From: Lama glama
Taxonomy: Eukaryota
NCBI GenBank assembly: GCA_028534125.1
Contig: CM052816.1
Span: 29,328,001 to 29,392,000, forward strand
Length of the DNA: 64,000 nt
Reading direction: 5' to 3'
Shown here: positions 38,307 through 51,871 of the stretch, piece by piece
Position numbering within the stretch: position 1 is the first letter of the stretch
Layout: each line of letters opens with the position of its first letter
Made by a program: the position numbers and the translations under genes
The notes under the pieces: generated by a model
Databases searched by the model: none
What the model saw: the letters and a program-made list of their open reading frames with translations, nothing else
What the model was told of the DNA's origin: nothing

Positions 38307-39030
38307 CTAAAAACAAAGGGGAGGGGGAGGATAAAAGATCAGTCAACATCAGCAAGAGAAGCAAATTAAAAATCTGAAATCTGAAGGAGTATTTTCCTTC
38401 ACATTTTCCCACCATTTAGTTTGCCTCCTACCTGCTGACATGAGTTTATGTTCTGAAAGGAACTGAAATAATTTTCCTATGTTTTGGGGGATTAAGTTCT
38501 CATCTGTGAAATGAACAGGTTGTTGTGAATAATCTTTAAGGTTTTTGGCAATTCAGGTGTTTTATACCTTCTGCTTTGTAGTCAGTGCTTTGTTTAGATG
38601 TTGAAGAGTTCTGATTATCAAGATTGTATGTCTCACAAGGTGACAAGTTTTTATGCAATTTTCCCTAGCTTTAATTTTATAAGAAATACATAAGAAATAT
38701 AAAATCAATTCCACAACTGCTCTTTGAGCAACAGTAACCAATAACAATTTAAAGAAACACATTTAAATGTAAGAGGGATAAATGACAAAGCCATGATATT
38801 GAGTGGAAGAGCCCTGCTTCATAGTTCAGTTGCAAAAAGTCTAATTTCCCAACACATTGTCTAGCACCTACCAGTCTGATCATCCTAACCACTTTGAATT
38901 TCAACTCTCCAAGTTGAGTGTTGGAAAGAAATATTCCTTGGAGAGCTTACTGTCACTTGTTATTTCTAATGAATGGCCATTGTGCCCTTTAAATTTTTAT
39001 ACAATATTTTGAGAATTATGTTATTTATAA

Positions 39031-39197
39031 TTTTTATTGAAGTATAATTGGTTAACAGTGTTGTGTTAATTTCTAATGTATAGCATAATGTTTCAATTAT
39101 ACACATATATATATTCCTTTTCATATTCTTTTTCATTATAGGTGATTACAACATATTGAATATAGTTCCCCATGCTATACAGGAAAAACCCTGTTGC
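39031..39197 (-). mobile_element. L1 3' end fragment
   Basis: tttttattgaagtata...ttgaatatagttccccatgctatacag, the reversed L1 3'UTR. Confidence 0.75.
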
Positions 39198-41029
39198 TGA
39201 TTTGAGGAAATAGCCCTACTGTATGAACTAATGAAATGTGCTGCATGAACAACATACTTTGAAAAAGCTGATGCTTAGAGTTTAATTTTGGAATCATCAT
39301 AACTTAATTGGACAGAGGTTTAAGGGACATATAATAAGAGCTGTATGCATTAAATACTAATGAGACATTGTGATGTTCCTAGCTTACAGCCAGTCAGTGC
39401 AGATGCTCAGTAAATGTTTATTTCCCAAACCAAGTTTAGCTTTTCTCCAAAATTTTCGCCCGCTTTGTGCATGCTGCTCCACCACAACTGTGCTTTCTCC
39501 TTCTTCTCCAAGGTCCTCAGAGATGTAGATCTCGGGGTCTCTATTTCACCTTTGGGTCCAGGAGCAGCTGTTTTGTCTGCATGTGCCAGTGTGTTAGCCT
39601 AGGCCTGGGTGTTGGAAAGCATTCAGTAGTGAAAGATGAAAGCTTAAAAATACAGATATGTAGGAATGAATCATGGCATCAGTGATATTATTAGAAATAC
39701 TTAGAAAATTATTTCTAGTTTGGACAGGCTAGCTACATTAGAAAACAAAAAGGTAGCCCCTCCCACATCCAGGCTGGGAGGATATATAAGAAGAGTTCCT
39801 CAGTGTGGAACTACCATGCTAGACTTGAAATTTGGAACAAAGTAGCTCATGGTATATATAGTATAGGTAGCTGCCAAGTGGTTCCTAATGACTAGGACAC
39901 CATTTACACACAGATGTAAACCCTGAAAGAACACCATGACTGAACTAGAAATAGTGCCTTCACCAATGTCGGTATTTAAACTAGTGAAACATGAACTGAA
40001 ACTGCAGAAGAAGAACTGAAATATATTTTGAGAAAAAAAAGGAAAGTGAAAAAGCACAAGAAATAGCCAAAAGTGTACAGCTTAATTTGCACTAAAGAAT
40101 TTATGTCAAAATGAATGGTACACAAGTAGTTAATATTACATATTAAGACCAGGGACCATCTTCCATTACTGAACTTCAGATACAGATCTCTACAAATAAT
40201 AAACCTAACTTATATAGGAAGGGACATCTGCAAATTTTCAGATACACAATATATAACAAGGATTTCAGGAATTTATTTTATATAGAGTTGAAAGGTTATT
40301 CTGTTTTTCATCTATTAGAATGTGGCAGGGTCTACGAACATCTCATCTGTGATTTACTGCGATGCCTGTTAGATGGCAATATTGTACCTTGTAAAATAAC
40401 TGAAATCAAAGGGAGAGGGGTTTGAAAGATTCCTCTGTGCTCCTTTTTCCAACGATGGACTTCCAAGTTCATCCTCTTTTAAGCTACTTTTCTTATTAAA
40501 ACTAAATGTCCCATTTAATTGCAAACATAAGGACAAAATAACTCTGCAGGGCAGTCCTTTAACTTCATGCAAGAGAAAGCCTGCTGTTAACTAAGCAAGA
40601 TTGTTTTCTGAACCAAGTCTGAACCAGGATAGAGAAGCTGATCTCTGAGGCTTTCACATTTGTTTCAGAGGAACTTCAAACCCTGCTCTAGAAACACAGC
40701 AGCAGCAGCTTCATACTCTGATTTTATCCTTTCGATTATATCAGCACAGTCATCTTTGGAAACGAGGATGAAGCTCTTTTCTCCCCCTCCACAGGAAAGA
40801 CATGCTTACGGGAGATTTCTTTCCGAGCAGTAGTGAAGGTTTTTTCAGAGCCAACTCGGGGTTGTGGCTGAGCGTTGCTGGCCAGGACTGTGTGGTCTGT
40901 GATCATGAAATATGACAATTTTTTTTTGCAAATTAACTGCCTTTAGCCATTCCTGCTCAGACTCATTTGTCAGTTCCACATCCTTCATTAGATGACTTAA
41001 AGGCCTGGTGTAGCTCAGAGCTAGTCCTG

Positions 41030-41700
41030 CACCGAGTTTTTCTCCTTCACTCTATCCTCACCTCTGTGTGATCTCATCCATTCCCATGGCTTCAGATATC
41101 ACCCATGTGCCTACAGTCCTCCTACAGTCAAAATTCAGCCCTGACCTCCTTTCCAGGCTCATTTTGCAAATACACTCAAGGTTTTTCTTTTCCTTGGCTG
41201 TTTTGCAGGCATCTCAAATGTACCATATCCAAAACTGAATCCTTGATTCCCTCCCGCCCCCAAAGCGCTCCTTCTCCAGTCTTTACTATCTTAATTAATA
41301 GCATCCTTCCATGCATGTGCCCAAGACAGAGACCAGGGAGTCATCCCACCTCATCCCCTCCATTCCCCAGTCCATCATCTAGTTCTTTCCACTCCACCCT
41401 CCAATTCTCTAACATCTATCCACTTCCCTCTATCTCCATGGACAACAGCTTAGTCCACACACCTTTCCAATCACTTTCCACACAGAAGCCAGGGTTTTTA
41501 AAAGTGGAAATTAGAAAGTGATGCTTCACTTAAATTCTTCACTAACCGTCACACTTCCCTGTTCCTGAAATCCTCATCATTTGCCTCCATTTTTATTGTC
41601 TGTGTTTCCTTACTAGAATCTAAGCACTTTGAGAGCAGTTGTCCATCTGATTCCCCGTGTCGTCCCCTGGGCCTATGAGGGTGCCTGGTACATGGCACGT
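41030..41700 (+). mobile_element. L2 3' fragment
   Basis: gatctcatccattcccatggcttcag...ggcatctcaaatg...ctagaatctaagcactttgagagcag...gtgcctggtacatgg. Confidence 0.7.
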
Positions 41701-42243
41701 CTGACAGAAGCAGAAGTCAATTTCCCCCTCTCTTCACTATACTTAAATACTTCTCTGTGAAAACACTCAGGCCTGCAAAATAAGAGTTCTAAATACCTAT
41801 GTGGGTGTTTTGTTTGTTTTAAAAGCTAGAGAAACACATATTTGTTTTACCTAGTTAAATATGTGGTTTTCTTCCTTTTAAGTGCACCCCAGAGTGTGGC
41901 TTCTCTGTCATCAATCAGTTCTTTTACAAAGGAAAGATTTATTATGCACAACGAGAAAACATCAAAGGACAATAATACAAATATTCAGCGTAAAAGCACG
42001 GCACAATGGTTCCAACTTAAGCTACAGTGGAAGATTAAACATAGGCCCACCTCCCCCTCTGCCTGGATCTTTGATGAAACATGTAACCAGAGATACACGC
42101 CGGGAAGCAACTAAGATGTATGAATAGGAGACATTCTCAAAGGAGGAAGTCCTGAAACTATTGGCTCACTTGTGTTTGAAAATACGCATGTATGTGTTGA
42201 CTAATGAACAATGATACCTTATATCAAACACACACAAAAGTTA

Positions 42244-42410
42244 GGGAGGGTATTGCTCAGTGGTGGAGTGTGTGCTTACCATCCACAAGGTCCTAGGTTC
42301 AATCTCCAGTACCTCCATTTAAAAAAAAATTAAATAAATAAACCTAATTACTCCTTCTCAGCCCCCCAAAAAAGCTTTAAAAAAAGAATGAAATAAATGT
42401 TTAAAAAATA
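42244..42410 (+). mobile_element. tRNA-Ala-derived SINE (camelid Vic-1-like)
   Basis: gggagggtattgctcagtggtggagtgtgtgctta...ggttcaatctccagtacctcc plus an A-rich tail with the shared aaacctaattac motif. Confidence 0.8.
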
Positions 42411-45400
42411 CAAAAAAAAGGATTACCAGTATGTTAAAACTATTTAAGACTCTTTATAGAAATAGATGTGAATGTTATTTTTCACCTACTTATCTCGCTG
42501 CCCCTCCTCTATGTCTAGCTCATTTCTTGACGTAATCAAATAGTCCATTTCAGCAGTGTTTGCTGGAAGGCAAACTGCTATTGAGGGAATCTTGGTTTAA
42601 GTATCACCAATTATAAATTTGGAGATAAACACTAAAGTTAAAGATATAATGATCCCTGTATACAAGAAAAAAAGGGCTTAGAATTGGGGGGGGGACCCAA
42701 AATCTTTGCATGACATTAATTAATGAAAAACTATGGTTTTCTGGAGTTAACAAAAATGACCCATAACATTGCTCCAAGAAATTGCTAATATAGCGAAGTC
42801 CCCAAGTTACTTTCTTTACAAACTTACCAGCAAAGACATTAATTTCCTTACGTATCAAATTTGTTATACTTGGAACCTTTAAACAGTGACTACAGGTGCA
42901 CATATATGTCATTGCTAATTCTTGCCTAGTTACAATTGGATCCAGAGGGCCCAGTGTTAGGAAGGATGGAAAAGAAAACAATTTGGAGAGCACATCTGGC
43001 TGTTGGGGTCTGTTCGTAAAAGTTCGTTATACAAATATATAAAACCTTAGCTCTCTTGCAGTTTGAATTACTCCAAATCTAAATGGGGCTTAGCAAAAAT
43101 ACATCTTTGGGGATAAGAAAGCGCCCATAACCAGCTGTCAACATGGTCACAAGAAGTCAAATGGCTTAGTGTTGACCTCCCTACCTGGGGATTTGGTAGG
43201 TAGGGCTCCAGGAGAAAAGCAAAGAATTGTTGGGACGGCTGGTGATGTATCTGTGACGCCAGCCTCCACACTCAAAATTCCCAAAGTGGGAAATTCAACA
43301 GGATAGGGAAGAAACAACAAACAAAAATAGAGCAAGAAAAAGGGAATGAGGGGAAGGGAGAGGGCCATGGCCAGCAGAGATTCAGATATGAGAGGGGCTG
43401 ACCCTGGAAGTGTTGGAAGCAATGACGATGACAGCAAGCTTAAGGCAACCCTACCCACAGAGAAAAGCCAAGCGCAGGAACCTTAGCCCCGAATCACCCT
43501 CAGGTCACACAGATGGAGTCCCCAGCACCAGAAAACAGGGTTTTGAGAGAATCAGTACATCTGGGGGCCTTAACCTGATACTAAATGCAAATTGTGGTGT
43601 GCATGCATTTCTCTGACCCCTGGTGGTTAAAATTCAATGGCATGTCTCAACACAGGGACAAGCTAAGTCACTCATTCCACCCCCGCAGAAGTACATGCTC
43701 ATCTGAAAAGGCAACATAATAAAGAAGACAAATGTGAGGGAAGATGGTGACTTTGAAAGGAGTGAAGAAAAATTAATCACTGGGTGGTTTTCAGTGGAGT
43801 TCTAGGAATTGTAAAGCACCCCCTTTGCAGATTTCTATTATTGTTCTTCACGTAGCTATTTGACAATCTGTAAGTAAATCTGATAGTATTGCAAAAGGCT
43901 CTTGTCCATACAGATACAAATACATTTTGCCTAGTGGAGGGACAGCTGCTTCCTCACTTTCTTGTTTGCCTGTGTTGCACTTGAGATTTTCCTTTAAAAT
44001 AAGAGCTCTTACTGATTCTGCCTTAATTAATGAGTTAAATCAAATCTTTGGCGTGCCCATTTTGTATTTTTATGAGAGACATGAGTTTACCTTCTTTATA
44101 AGGTACCCTTGAACACATATTTGATTTTTTCATCAAAATCATATAAAGTGAAAAAAAATTGCAGCACATATAACCCTTTGGGGAGAATGAGTACACATTT
44201 CCTGCAGCAACCAATTCCCCCAGGGTTCTGGAAAGAAAGTCTTTATTTTGTAGCTAATGGTTTCACGAACTGCCCTACTGCTCGGGGATAATACCAAGAC
44301 TCAGTTTCCCTGCCTACAAGATGAGAATAGGGATCCTCACCTCTTGGAGTTGTTGCAAAGACAAATGGACATGAGCCATAGAGAAGATTCTCACCCAATG
44401 CCTGGCCCAGAACAGCTTTATCCACAGGTTTGTCTAAAGAACTTAACAAACTACACTTCAAATACTTTCTGATGCTCTTGAGTACTGAGCAACATCGGTC
44501 AAAATCAATCCACTCCTTCTGGAAGTAATACGCAGCCGAGATATGCGAAATGCCAGATGGTTGTGTGAAAACAGACACCTCACATAGTTCAGTTAATGAG
44601 TTACAGATCCTTTTCCATGAAGACGTTAAAAAATACATATTAAAACTTTCTTTATCAGGGAATTTCTCTCTTTTTTTTTTTTAAGGTGTTGAATCTGTTG
44701 TTAGCAAACAGATTCACTACCACAAGGATTCTGACAGGTAGCATAAGTGTACTTTGTCTAGAGAAAACTAACCCATGGAGAACAGAATTGAACAAGAGGA
44801 CAAACAGTATCAACGTCCACACAAAGCTGTGCAACAGGCAAAAAATGTAAAGGAAAGAGATCAAAAATAAAGCCAAAGTGAAAACCCACCTCGGCCAACA
44901 AGATTACCCGATAAAGTCACAGCTTCTCACCCAGAGTTTCCAAGTTCCCAGAGAACCAGAGACTCTAAGGCAGGGACTCCTTCCTAGTAGGAACAGCATG
45001 GATGGAAACAAAAGTTCAAGGTCAAGAGTCCTGAGTTGGAGACTTAGGTGGTGTTTAACTCCTTCAAACCTGTTTTCTCATCTGCTAAGAGGGATATCAT
45101 TTCAAGGTGGCATGGCTTTAGTAAGAGTTAATGTGTTACAAATCAGAAAACACCCATGTGCTGGGCTTGTGACAGACCACAAATGCACGCTGAGTTTTGC
45201 TCCCTTATTTAACACACTTGAGATGGAGAAGCAGGGGTTCAAATCCAATATTTGCACACACTGTGTTCTTTCTACCTGTTTCTTCTTATATCTTCCATTT
45301 TCCAAATTTGTGGACAAGGGAAATTATGTCCTAAAGAAAACACCATGAAGTCATTCCCTGTGCGATCTCAGGCTGTTTCTGTTGCTTTAATTCTGGAATC

Positions 45401-45533
45401 TTTTCACCATGATTTTGGGTTCCACTGTCTGTCTTTTAATTTCCATGGCTTAGTTTTGTGATGATTTGGAAGTTGAAAATGAAAATTCCTAAGTTTAAAT
45501 AGCTTTAACTTCATATTATATTCTATCACTGCT

Positions 45534-45573
45534 CCCCCTCCCCCCGCCAACCCCCCATCCCCCCCCCCCCCCC
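45534..45573 (-). repeat. C-tract cluster (G-rich on the TNFAIP8 sense strand)
   Basis: Four C runs of 5 or more nt, the last about 15 nt, separated by short linkers. Confidence 0.85.
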
Positions 45574-45869
45574 GTTAATTTGCTCTAGGAATCATGTGAT
45601 GTCTTGATTGCTTCCTGCAAGGCATAAACTCTGACAAGATATCCTTGTGGCCTCTAGGTCCACTAATACCAGGATTGGAAGAAAGCTGGATGATATTTAT
45701 ATGAAGTGGTATGGCTGGAGCCCACAGAATGTCAGTCTTATAAATATTAGGACAGAGGTTACAGGAATAGAAGTGAATTTTGTGGTTACCCAAAGTCAGA
45801 GTGAGAGGTTTACAGTTATGAGAATCTACTGGCAGCCACCATATTTTGAACTTTACTATATTATCCCCA

Positions 45870-46050
45870 GAACTGCCCAGAATATGCATTATCTTATGGA
45901 AGCTTCACAACAACCCCAAGAGGGAGGTTATTATTATCCTCATTTACAGACAAGGGAACTGAGGCCCAGAGACATTAAGTCACTTTTCAAGGCCATACCG
46001 TCAGTAAGCAGAAGAGATGAGCTTGAACCCAGGTATGTCCAATTTCAAGC
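45870..46050 (-). mobile_element. MIR
   Basis: ttattatcctcatttacagacaagggaactgaggcccagagacattaagtcactt. Confidence 0.75.
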
Positions 46051-47339
46051 TATTCTCTTAAGAATTATGTTAACCAACACAAGCTTAAAAAAAAAAGTTC
46101 CCTCTTGAAGGTATTGGAAGACATAAAAATATTTAACTAAGTGAAGTGAAATAAGAGAGAAAAAATAGAGACCAGGTCTCCCTAGAGGAAGGAAATGGAT
46201 TCCATAAGGCAGATCAATCCAGGAAGGCTTGAAAGAGCCTGTATTTCCAGGGAAAACCCTAAGTAGTTTTAAAACATTTTTAAACCATAATTAAAAAAAA
46301 ATATGCTTGCATTACTCAAAAGCCCGGATGTAAATACATAAAGTGAAAAGTTTCTCTCAGCTTTGCCACCCACTGCATGATCCCGACCCCAACGGCTGCT
46401 GCCCAGAGGCAACAACTAGTCTTATGTTTTCCATATCCTTTCTGAGTTGCTGGCTTTTCTGCAGAGATAAGCTTACATATGCATAGATAGATACTGAGCA
46501 GAGTGAAGTCTTAAAGGCTTGCAGTTCTTAAGAAATGCAACTTGTGAGTGATGAGAGACTATAAACTAGGTAATTCCAGTTTACGGAATTCCATAATTCC
46601 ATGCATGACTCTGACATAAAATGGTGAGATGCCAGAGGCACGAGGCTATTACTTTTGTCTGTTACCATACATGCAATAGCAATAAGAATCCTTCAGTGAG
46701 TGGAGAGAAGGCAGCAAGTGTGAAATAGAAGTCTTTATTTAATTAGGGAGGGAGGTTCTGATTAGAGCAGTCGTGTAGAGTTTATCATCCAAATGGGATC
46801 CCTTTGAAAAGGGTACTACTAGTAATTACACTATATCAACAAATCCATGACTGTCCCAGCAGGTAAATGTAAGTGGTCACTAAAGACTACTTACGTGCTC
46901 AAGACCAAAGAAGAAAGGGTCAAAAGTAGGGTTACCCAAATATTTGGGACCTGAGAAGTTTCTTAGGAACCCCACAAGAGCACTAGCCAGCTTTTATTCC
47001 AAATTATGTTAAAAACAAAAACCAAAAACTGAATTCTTCAAGAAATTATATTTAAATAAGTTCAGGAAATGGTGTATATGAAGGTCCCATTTGAGTTGCA
47101 AAAAATTTACTAATAATATTAAAGCTCTTGGGCATTAGTGCAGTAAAGGAACCAACTTTAGTTACCCAAGTTTTCCAAACTAACTTCACAGAGGACCCAT
47201 TAACAAATTTGTAGGATAAGGTCAGTGAAAGTAAGTGGCTAACAAATTGACCTGGGTTCTTGCCATCCCTCTGGAGCGGATTCACAGTCGTCTTGCGCAA
47301 ATAGGAGAGGGCAAGACAGGCAGTCAGGGAAAGCCAGGC

Positions 47340-47580
47340 AATGTGGTGACTGTGAGCACGAGGTCTAAAGGCACACTGTCTGGGTCAGAAGCCTGGTTCT
47401 TCTACCAAGTGCTCGTGTCCCTCGGGCAAATCACCTAACCTCTCTATGCCTCAGTTTCTCCATGCGCAAATGGGGATCCCTGAGGTTTTTATAAGGATTG
47501 AATGAGAATAATCCATATTAAGTGCTTAGGTCAGTGCCAGATAGAAAATAACTGGGTCAGTTAATGTGAACTCTTATTAC
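47340..47580 (+). mobile_element. MIR
   Basis: gggcaaatcacctaacctctctatgcctcagtttctc core. Confidence 0.75.
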
Positions 47581-47746
47581 TGTTCTCATTGATATTGTCA
47601 TCCTTATTACTAAGGTAGATATTGCTGAAGTTCTGCTGGGAAGGGATGATACAGTCTTGTGATCATGACTCCTGAAATAGGAGTGAGGGGTGAAGACAGA
47701 ACGTTAACCCAAAGATATGAATCATTCAACAAAATTTTTGAGTGCT

Positions 47747-48013
47747 GGACACAGAAAACAAATTGTGGTTAGCAGGGGGGAAAGGGAGGGAGGGATAGAT
47801 TAGGAGTTTGGGACTAACAGGTACACGTTTCTGTGTATAAAATAGGTAAGCAACAAGGATCTACTGTATAGCACAGGGGACTGTATTTATAATTTCTTAT
47901 AATGAGATGGAAAAGAATCTGAATATATATAACTGAATCACTTTACTGTACACCTGAGGCTAATATTGTAAATTGACTACTCTTCAGTAAAAAACAAAAA
48001 ACAAAAAACAAAA
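47747..48013 (+). mobile_element. L1 3' end inserted into an L2 remnant, with TSD
   Basis: L1 3'UTR plus (A5-6C)n tail. TSD aaaatttttgagtgct (47731-47746) / aaaacttttgagtgtt (48014-48029), 14/16 identical. Confidence 0.8.
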
Positions 48014-48529
48014 AAAACTTTTGAGTGTTTATAATGTACCAGATACTGTGGTTTCAAAGATAAGTATACTTTCTCTCCAGGAACTTAGTCTAACATGGGG
48101 TAGGGGTGAAGGGGAGATGGGGACATGGCTAGGCAGACTGCAAAAAGCAATGGTAACAAAGAGAGGAAACAATAATTTGGCTGGAAGGGGTGATGAAGGG
48201 AAGCTAGGTTTGACGAAAGGTTTCACAAAAGGAGATTGACCTAAGAGACTGACTTGGAAGAAAAAAAGATTCTGCCTTGCAGAAATAAATGTGACTGCAT
48301 TCCAGAGCTGACCTATAGAATTCCTACTGGCGAGTTAGGGATTAAGATTCTGCCCAGCAGTGTATCTATATGTCAGAAACCCCAGGATGCATGGAGGTCC
48401 CGGATTTCAGAAAACCTCTAAACACAAACTATGTATGCAACTTGTTGTCAAGGCCCAGGAACATTCACTACAAAGGGACTCCGTTTCTGAGAAGGGGCAG
48501 GGAGAGGACTGATACAGCAGGTATTTATT

Positions 48530-48680
48530 TGGGCAGCATCCTCCGTGGCATGGGCCATCTGCATCTGAAGGGTCTGGAGCCTTTGCAGAAATACAGATTG
48601 CCAGGCCTACAGAATCAGAATCCTCAGACTGCAGTCTAAGAAGCTGCATTTGTAAGAAGCACCCTGATGGATGGTCCTGA
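48530..48680. mobile_element. MER5-like hAT MITE
   Basis: agaaatacagattgccaggcctacagaatcagaatc...ctgcatttgtaagaagcaccctgatg. Confidence 0.55.
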
Positions 48681-49046
48681 AAGAGACTGAAGCCGGAGCC
48701 CCTGCTCTGAGGTGTCCTTCTACAATGCTGTACTTCACAATTTTCAAGTAGACATACTTTGGCCATGAAGACATGCTGCAAGTAGCCAATGAACAGATGT
48801 AACTCCCCCTCCAATGTTGTTTTTCACCAAAAACTAGGTGTGATCTTATGCACAGAATCCAGAGAAAATGTTTACAAAATAGAATTTATTATATTAAAAC
48901 CTCAAAGAGAATAGAAAAGCTAGTCTCTTTAAATGATATGTCATCCAAAATTTTTAACAGGGACTTATCTAGGTCTCATATGGGTTTGAAATTAAATAAA
49001 AAATGTCCTACGAGTGTTGATACCAAACTGATTTTAGAGAACTATA

Positions 49047-49250
49047 CTTTTTTTTAATTTTGTTTTTATTGAAGTGTAGTTGATTTACAATGTTAGTTTC
49101 AGGTGTACAGCAAAGTGATTCAGTTATACGTAAACATACATATATATATTTTTTTCCAGATTCTTTTCCATTATAGGTTATTACAAGAAATTGAATATAG
49201 CTCCTTCTGCTATACAGTAAGTCCTTGTTGTTTATCTATTTTATATATTC
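49047..49250 (-). mobile_element. L1 3' end fragment
   Basis: ttttattgaagtgtagttgatttacaatg...ccttgttgtttatctattttatata. Confidence 0.8.
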
Positions 49251-50041
49251 TTTTTCTTTTTAAATTAAATAAACCCTTCCTTATTTATTTTGTTGGATTA
49301 GGGTAACTTATGTTTTTTTAAAAGACTTTTCAATTAAGCTGGGTTTATTTACATATTTTCTTGAGGATATGAAGCCTTTCCACTGTTTATATCATCCAAG
49401 CTTCCACCAGTCTGTAGAGGCATATCCTCCAAACAAGTTTCATAATTTTCTACACTTTTCCACCCCCATAATTCTCCCATCCGGCCAGAGGCCCTGGCTC
49501 CTGATGAATATTTATATTCACACAGTGCCTAGAAAACCAGTAACAGACTTGAAAATCCAACACACTAGACAGCAGTTTAGTTACTGAATCAGCCCCCAAA
49601 ACTGGCATCAATGGTCAACACACCCCTTCTGGTCTCAGGCTGCTCCTGGCCGTACAGTAAAATCAGACAACAAAATCACAGTTGACATGTGTGTGGCACT
49701 CTGTTGTTTGCAAAATATTTTCCCTCTAACACTTTCGTATGTTTATGACAGTTTGTTCTGGTTTGGTTCTCTCATTATTACTTAACCTTGAGGGAACCAG
49801 ATCCTAGAAGTCGAGGGACTTGTCCAAGGACATTTAATGAGTGGCAGAGCTCAGGTACATTGCTGCCAACTATGGTGCACGGCTGCTCTGTAAGAGAAGT
49901 GACATTAATAAGAGTGTGTGTGTGCTATGTATGAATTTTCTATCAAATGCCATGATGTTGCTAAGCCGGCTGCCTAATCCCACTTCTTACAGTTTATCTG
50001 CTCCCCAAGATAAAGCAACTCCTTGAACCAAAGAAGCAGGA

Positions 50042-50191
50042 GGATGGGGGGAAGGTATAGCTCAAGTGGTAGAGAGCATACTTAGCATGAACAAGGTCCT
50101 GGGTTCAATCCCCAGTACCTCCTCCAAAAAATAAACAACTGAACCTCATTACCTTCTCTACAGAAAAATTTTTTAAAAAATTAAAAAAAAA
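50042..50191 (+). mobile_element. tRNA-Ala-derived SINE with TSD
   Basis: A box tagctcaagtgg, B box ggttcaatcc. TSD AAGCAGGA at 50034-50041 and 50192-50199. Confidence 0.85.
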
Positions 50192-51399
50192 AAGCAGGAC
50201 ACATTAGAGGAAAAAAAAAAAGCTTAAGAAAAACTATGTGTCTACCGTGCTCCCTTCCTGAAAAAATTCTGCTCAGTCTTTAAGGTCAGTTTAAATGCCA
50301 CCTTTTCCAAGAAGTTCTTCCAAATCCAGTGGCAAAGGAATCTCTCCATAGCCAATGGAGAGAATAAAGCGCTCCTTCTAATGGATTTTCTGCCTTGTGG
50401 GAGAGTTAAATTCCTATCTTATCTTACTTGATCATGATCCTTGACAACGGAGGTCCCACTCTAATCATCTCTCTGTTCCTCAAAGTGCAGAACATGTGCC
50501 CTCCAGCTACCATGGAGAGAACTCACCCCACTGCTCTCATCTGCTTCAGTAGAACCGATCACTCTCCTACAGCGATTCATGAAGATGTGTCAGGAAATCA
50601 ATTCAGTTTTATGTATCTAGGGCTTAACCAGTGAGTTTACTTGTACTCCATGAACAAAAATATAGTCCTTCCTGTGGGATGTAAAATTCTTCGTTTTAAA
50701 GGAGAGGAATCTATATAAAAGATATACATTTTTCTTTTTTTGTCTATTATTGCTTTTCTCCCCTGTCCTTTGCCAAAACATACAGAATAACCAGCCACTT
50801 TTGTTTGGTGAAGTGACCATATTTAGCTAACTCAATCCCTACAGCAAATGTTCTGGAATCTTCCATGCAAATATCCCAAACCCATCTGATTGAGTATTTT
50901 TGGAGCAGTAACCTCTTGGCCTTGGCTTGGGCATCTCTCAAATATGCATCTTGGCATGGCCTCCCAACATTCTTGCGAAAACCTCTCTCCAATAACCGTA
51001 TTAAAAGGTTAAGCTAGTCAAGCGTTTTATAGCCATGTCAAGTCCTCAGAGACTAGATCTTGTTAAAGGTACACAAATGGTGAGAGGAGATTTGCTGGGC
51101 CTTGAAGCGAACTGTCTCCTTCTAAGTATCAAGATACACTGAAGCAAAGAAATCCCAGGATAAAACTCTGAAAAACCCCAAGAGGTTTACAAAAGCTGTG
51201 TGCTTACTGCCTACTTTCAGCAGAGCACTTAGATTCTCTGTCAAGTACTTTCTCCTCCTCTTACTCATCTTTTTCCCCTGCTCCAGTGCTCAGGTATCCC
51301 ACTCTGTTCTACTTAGATCAGGATGCCTTGCAGAGGCCATGACCTGGACACCCCATTGTTGGGCCTCTAGAGTGATGTATTGTTCTAAGAATTAGTGGT

Positions 51400-51640
51400 G
51401 CTTGTTTTTAAAAATTGAAAAAATGTAACCTCAAAATCTGATTTTGTTTTTCTTTTGAATAATCATAAGATCTGACCAAAATGGGCCCACCTTCCCACAC
51501 AGCAACAGTGGTCCTGAGGTAAATTGTGGCTGCCACCTTCAGAAGGAGAATACCCTTTCCGGTTTACCACAGGCCCTCCCTGGCCATCTTCACACACTCA
51601 TGAGCAGTGCCCAGGCTCTGTAGCCATGTGTGTAGATGGC
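51400..51640. mobile_element. MER102-like hAT-Charlie fragment
   Basis: aaaatctgatttt...atcataagatctgaccaaaatgggcccaccttcccacacagcaacag...ggctgccacctt. A related fragment lies near 54240-54340. Confidence 0.45.
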
Positions 51641-51871
51641 CTCTTTCTTACAGAAATAAAAGTGACTACATTTTAGAGCCAACCTACAGAACTCCTCTCT
51701 TTAGAAATCAGAAATTCTGCCCAGCAGTGTATCTGTATGTCAGAAACCGAAGGATGTGTGTGAGTCACATAGATTTTACAAATAATTTAAACCTAAATTA
51801 TGTGTAGTCGGTGATTGTCTAAGGGTTTGCTGGGGGAAGAGGTAGGAATGTTAAGAATAATAATAATTTAA

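Noticed and set aside
44878..46108. Two ORFs of about 155 aa antisense in the TNFAIP8 intron
   Set aside because: Both have GTG starts, are partly MIR-derived and show no protein-family features.
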